Shown here in pieces: positions 58,901 through 64,000 of a DNA stretch of 64,000 nucleotides. Positions within the stretch are counted from its first letter, which is position 1, and every line of letters starts with the position of its first letter. The DNA comes from Tubulanus polymorphus (lineage: Eukaryota; Animalia; Nemertea). Location: the NCBI RefSeq assembly GCF_964204645.1, contig NC_134027.1, positions 23,026,560 to 23,090,559 on the forward strand, read 5' to 3'. The notes beneath the pieces were generated by a model. That model was given only the letters and a program-made list of their open reading frames with translations. It had not been told where the DNA came from and did no database searches. A program made the translations under genes and the position numbers.

Positions 58901-61900
58901 TTTTTCTTTTTCTTTTGCCCATTCGGGATCTAAGAGGACAAAGACAAACGTGAATTTCAATAGTATTTTTCTCTGAAGAAATAGAAAACCCTAATAATTT
59001 GTGCCAATTTTGATACTAACTAAGAAATTCTCGAAACATTTAGGGATGCGATATAACTATAAATATTGTGGAGATAACGTAGTTCATAATGAAAATTAAA
59101 AACTGGCTGACAAAGATTTTCAACAATAATTTGTGACATGAAACCTGTTGCAATAATCTGTTTGCGTAAATTTTCGGCGTGTAAGGAAGTTGTAAAATTG
59201 TGACATTACCGAAGTCATCGGTAGTGACGTGATTATCTTTGGTCGGTGGACTTTTAGGTTTTTTGTTGACTCGCGCGTACTTGTCACCTAACAAGGAAAA
59301 GACAAACAAATATTTGAACAAATATATGTTTATATTTTAGATGAGATGAAAGTTTTGAAGTGGCAAATGTTACCTCTAGGTCCAACTACAAATCCATCGA
59401 TATCGTTATCGTTTGGAGGAGGAACTGAAGCCGGACTGTAGAAAAAGGGAAACACATTTTTTTGTGATGATCGGTCGGGTTGGAAAGGGAATCTCTGACT
59501 TTTGATTAAGCTCAACAAATATGATTGGCAATTTCTAGTTTCGTATTGACTTTCGATGAATAAAGGCATCTACCTTTCCGATCGATTTTTGGTCCAGATC
59601 CATTGACCGTCTCGACGCCTTTTCACGAATAGCAACACGAACACAATGACGATGATGGTGACCAATACGACACCCACAACAACACCTCCGATCAATGTAA
59701 CATAGGTAGTAACTGATAGGATCGAAAATGAGAAAATGAAATTTGCGAACCATGACAAATGAAAGAATCAATCTGCCTGGGTTTCACCAGATGCATTATC
59801 ATTGAAAGTGAACTTACAAAATGACTATAGACATCAGATATTTATGCATCTTTTCCGTTGTTTATCTTTATTTTTAACTATTTGATGTTGGTTTACCGAA
59901 ACTAACCACTGGTTTACGTAACCTCACGACGGTACGGCAATGTAATTAATGCCACGGCGTAACGCTTTATCCCACTTAACTACTGAGACCGTTTCAATTC
60001 ACGAGGGGTAGTTGGAGGCAGGGTATCTGACCCCGGGAAATTTATATATCGGGTTCATTAAGAAGCTTCATTAATTTGCGGTTACATTAAGTAAATCGCT
60101 AAATGTTTCCGAATATTCTTTAGAAAGCTGCGCCTGATCGATTAACCCTACAGCCGGGCGCCGCGGATCTACGAATCCCGTCAATAAAGCTATTTGGATT
60201 TGTATTTGGAATTATATTTGTAACGTCGACCATGTGACAAAACAAAATGGCACCATCCAGTCCAGTGAACGAGAACTTGTCGCTATGATTTATTTGCTAC
60301 TAAAACGACGCCGTCGTCGACGACGAAGAATCCACAAGAGGGATAGAAAAAAGCTTATGTTATATCATCGACGATCTTACCACCGACCGAGCCAATATAG
60401 GATTTAGGAAGCATGGATATCACAATTCAACAGTAACCGCACCCTCTTAAACACAGCAGAACTCTATACCTGAAACAGAACTACAGCCTACCTGGAATTT
60501 CTACCTGGTGGCTCAGAATGACGTCACTACTCTCAGTTACAATCAGTTGGTAACTGTATGCTTGATCGGGATCGATTTTAATCTCAATACTAATCGGACC
60601 ACCAGTAGTTTCTAATTTCGTAGAATTAAAACATTCGTTTGTATGTTTGATACAGTATTTCACGTAGACGCTGTACTTCGACGGAAACGACGACAAATTT
60701 ATCAGGACACTATTTCCTTTCTGTGTTACTGTCGCTTGCTTCAATGCGGTGTTTATAGCGCTTGGAATAGCTAAAAATGAGAAAAAAAATTCGATTTCAA
60801 TATTAATGAAAACAATTGATATATCATCAACACGATCATAAAGAAAGGAATGCGTGTAGCCAATCCCACTAGCTAGAACTATCAGCCGAGGTAGAATTCT
60901 CAAGATCGGGAATCGAGGAGGCACGTATGTCGCTACGTATTCCGATTCCTATATTCGTATCAACGGGAAGCTCCTTGATTCTGAATTTGACCGGAAATGA
61001 TGCGACATCGAATGTGAATTTCAATTTCAATTTCAATTTATACATCATAAATCCAAAGTATAAGATTATGAATGAAGAAAAACAACAATAACAACAAACA
61101 GAAAAAAAAAATGATATCGGCAAAGTTTACTGGAAAAATTAGTACGAAGCAGCTTTTTGTTTGAATTTCTTCGATGACACGAAATGAGGTTTTTCCGAAA
61201 ACGAGGAATTTAACACAGACAAAATTATCTCAATCAAAAACTTAACGAATTGAGGAATTTACGTTTAATTAATCTAACGGGCTTAAGGATAGGCCTGTAT
61301 TTACATCTTATAAAACTTACATATCTAACAAGCCTTCAATCTTACCATTTGTATTCGTTGTAACTATATCAGTAAATGGACTTGTATTATCACCAGGATT
61401 TGAGTTGACACTTTTCACTTTGAACTGATAATCAGTTGCTGGTTTTAATCCGGTTATTTTCGTTTGCACCAGTTTTTTATAACCGGGATCGGTTATTTCA
61501 GTTTTATTCACGAAAGCTGAAACGGAATTCCAAGCCCTGTAACTGACGGCGAACGTTTGTTCGGCACCACCCTCAAATTCAGACATCCAACTCAGCGTCA
61601 CAGAAACGGCTGTTCTTGCAATAACTCTCAGATTTGACGGTGTTTGTGGAGGTCCTGAAATAATAATAAGAAAAAAAAATGAAATTCCTTTTATAGTTCG
61701 CATGCTGCGCTGATTTATTAGGATCCCAGTTCGGCAAAATGTCTCGTGTTATTCAAGAGTGTTAATATAGGTATTAATCTGAAGCCTGACCCGGCACACC
61801 TTCAGACATTCAACACCGATATTTCCAATTAATTAAAAGACTAACAGACGAACTATCTTTGAAATTTCGGGTTCAGGCTGCGATCGATATTCATTTTGTG

Positions 61901-63743
61901 GGTTTTATTAGAATTTATACCGTGGAAAATATTGTCATTATTTCAAGTGACTGCGAATTTCTAATAACTTCAAATTCGAAATAACACATCGTACTTACCT
62001 GTCTCTGTGAGTTTCAATGTAACTTCTACGCTACCAACAGAATTATTAAGTTTACACGAATAAGATCCGTAATCAGACGCCTGAACTGATTGTATGGTGA
62101 CATCCCACTGCGTTAAACTGGTATTTTTCATTAAATGTTTGCCATTTGTTGAATTGTGACTGCAATTTAAAGTTGTCGCTTGCGGATTCGCATCGTAGTT
62201 TATCGTGTATCTTATATTTTCTCCTATATTCGCGGCGATGGGTTCAACGAGTTGTGGCGATAGTTTTGGTGCATCTATTATAGAATTGAACTAAATATGT
62301 ATGTCGTGTCAAAGCAGAAATTTTCTAGAAGGCTACACGAGTAATTTTTATTAGCACTTTAGAGATGAAAGAATGTAGTTTCAAATGAAGATATATACAT
62401 ATGACTTTAGCGCATCTATTACCAATTGAACTAAAACTATGAGGAAGTTGATTCCATTGCGTTACCATTTTAAACGAAATCTTAAATGCTGAATGAAATC
62501 TTAAAAAATAGATGGATTGCACATTGTATGATGTTTACCTAATGAAAATACGAAGAACAATTTTTTGGGTTGTGATTCAATAAAAGTCAGCCATGGAAAT
62601 ACAGATAATGATTCGTTCTACTCGAACTTCTGTTGCAGATAAAAATATGAATCGTTAAAAATGTCATGCATTATTTCACACTTACACAATATAGACAGTG
62701 TCGTGGAGTTGGTGACACCATTAACAGGTTGACTGTTCTGATAAGCTGTACATCTGTATTGTCTCCCATTTTTATCCTTATCAGTTGATACTACTAGACT
62801 ACTAGTAGATATCTGTCCACTGTGAGATTCGAGATGATTTACTGGTGGACTGGGTGAAATATTTATCCACGTTGTCGCCCCAGAGCTGTACGCCCAGAGA
62901 ATCGTAGACACCGGGTTACTGGAGTCAGTTGTACACGTAAGAGTCTTTGATGTACCTTGAACAACTGGACCGCTTGGAATTTCAGTCAGTGTCATTGATT
63001 CTGGTGGAACTGTAGATATAAAAGTTAGAGCCATGATTGTTATGCCGTAAAACGGTCATTGAAAAAGTGATTTTCACTTACAATGAACGGTTATAGTTGT
63101 ATTTTTGTTAAGATTTCCAGTTTGACATCTGTATCGAGCCTGATTCATGGTTTTAGTTGCAGTAATAGATAATGTACTAGTAGCCACAAACCCGTGATTG
63201 GTTCCAGTAGTTCGATTCGTAGCTGGTTGAGGGTCAAGTAGTGTCCATGTTGTAGAGGAATATGTAAACCACTGAATCTGTGCAGCCGGGTTTGACGAGT
63301 CAGTTTTACACTCTATCTGTTGATTATTGTTTACTAACACATTATCAGCCGGTGTCTTCATCATTATCAGTGCTGTTGCTGTGACTAAATTTTGAATCGT
63401 CGCAAATTAACAAAAATTCCTGTATTCGAATTCAACGCATACGAGTAAATTCAATCCGGGTACTTACAGTTGACAGTTAATATAATTTTATTAGAAAACA
63501 TTGGTGTTGGTATACCAGCCCCAGTAGCTGTACATTGATATTCTGCCTGGTTATCTGTTTTATTGACGGATGTTGAATATGTTAGAGGACTGACTCCCTT
63601 TTTCACAGTGCTGCCCCCTGGTGTTCTAGTTATGGCGAGGTTCGGTTCCGGGTTACCTCCTGTAGTTGTACACGTTAAATCAACAGATGCAGATTCCTGA
63701 ACGGGTGACGTCGGTCCTTGTAATGTAACACTACTCGGTGGAA
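55969..63743 (-). CDS. Gene D: duplicate of gene C, 5' part lies beyond the window
   Basis: Exons 63468-63743, 63082-63384, 62686-63009, 61999-62274, 61346-61654 (FN3), 60492-60770, 59574-59712 (TM), 59374-59435, 59210-59287, 58761-58787, 58368-58388, 57938-57991, 57208-57279, 56950-57021, 56661-56765, 55969-56324. Confidence 0.88.
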
Positions 63744-64000
63744 CTAAAATGAAGGGAAAAACGATTCGACCTAAACGTTTATGGGCGGCCATACCCGCAA
63801 AATATCAGCGTCTCGTCTGTTTGTCTGTACTCCGGATAATCATCTCATCTTATCAACGTGATATTTTTCCTGGTCGATATTTTCAAGTTCGTAGGTAGTA
63901 CGGCTGTGTGTAAATAGACTGATTTTCGGTTTCCATTTTTGATTAAAGACTTGTCTAATTTGAGACCACAGCACCAGAGTAACGGCTTGTTACCGAAAGA

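Larger units (their letters stand above)
53190..64000. repeat. Segmental duplication copy 2, runs off the window end
   Basis: Direct repeat of about 30930-41363. Confidence 0.95.

Overview
AT-rich, intron-containing animal (invertebrate-like) DNA; the species cannot be determined from sequence alone. The window is a cluster of four related immunoglobulin-superfamily receptor genes with the layout signal peptide, V-like Ig, several I/C2-type Ig domains, FN3, a second FN3-like domain, TM and a tyrosine-rich tail (nephrin/sidestep-like architecture). I reconstructed the exons by hand from GT-AG sites. Gene A (+, 2377-14661) and gene C (-, 33336-51029) look complete, gene D (-, 55969 to beyond 64000) is a tandem segmental duplicate of C, and gene B (+, 16965-30048) is a pseudogene. 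The ectodomains are built from the same phase-1 exon modules in different numbers and orders, and the V domain is much more diverged than the membrane-proximal domains. Two unrelated micro-exon-encoded tails are attached: an A/B type (YxN, YEEV) and a C/D type (repeated EPIYA-like YxxV-basic motifs). This pattern suggests a paired immune or allorecognition-type receptor locus, which is inference. Gene B is interrupted by a 9.4-kb insertion flanked by a 13-bp TSD: an intact Penelope-like element with hammerhead ribozymes that encloses about 6 kb of cargo, including an intact Jockey/I-group LINE. Older Penelope relics, MITEs and a Helentron/pearl-like element are also present.
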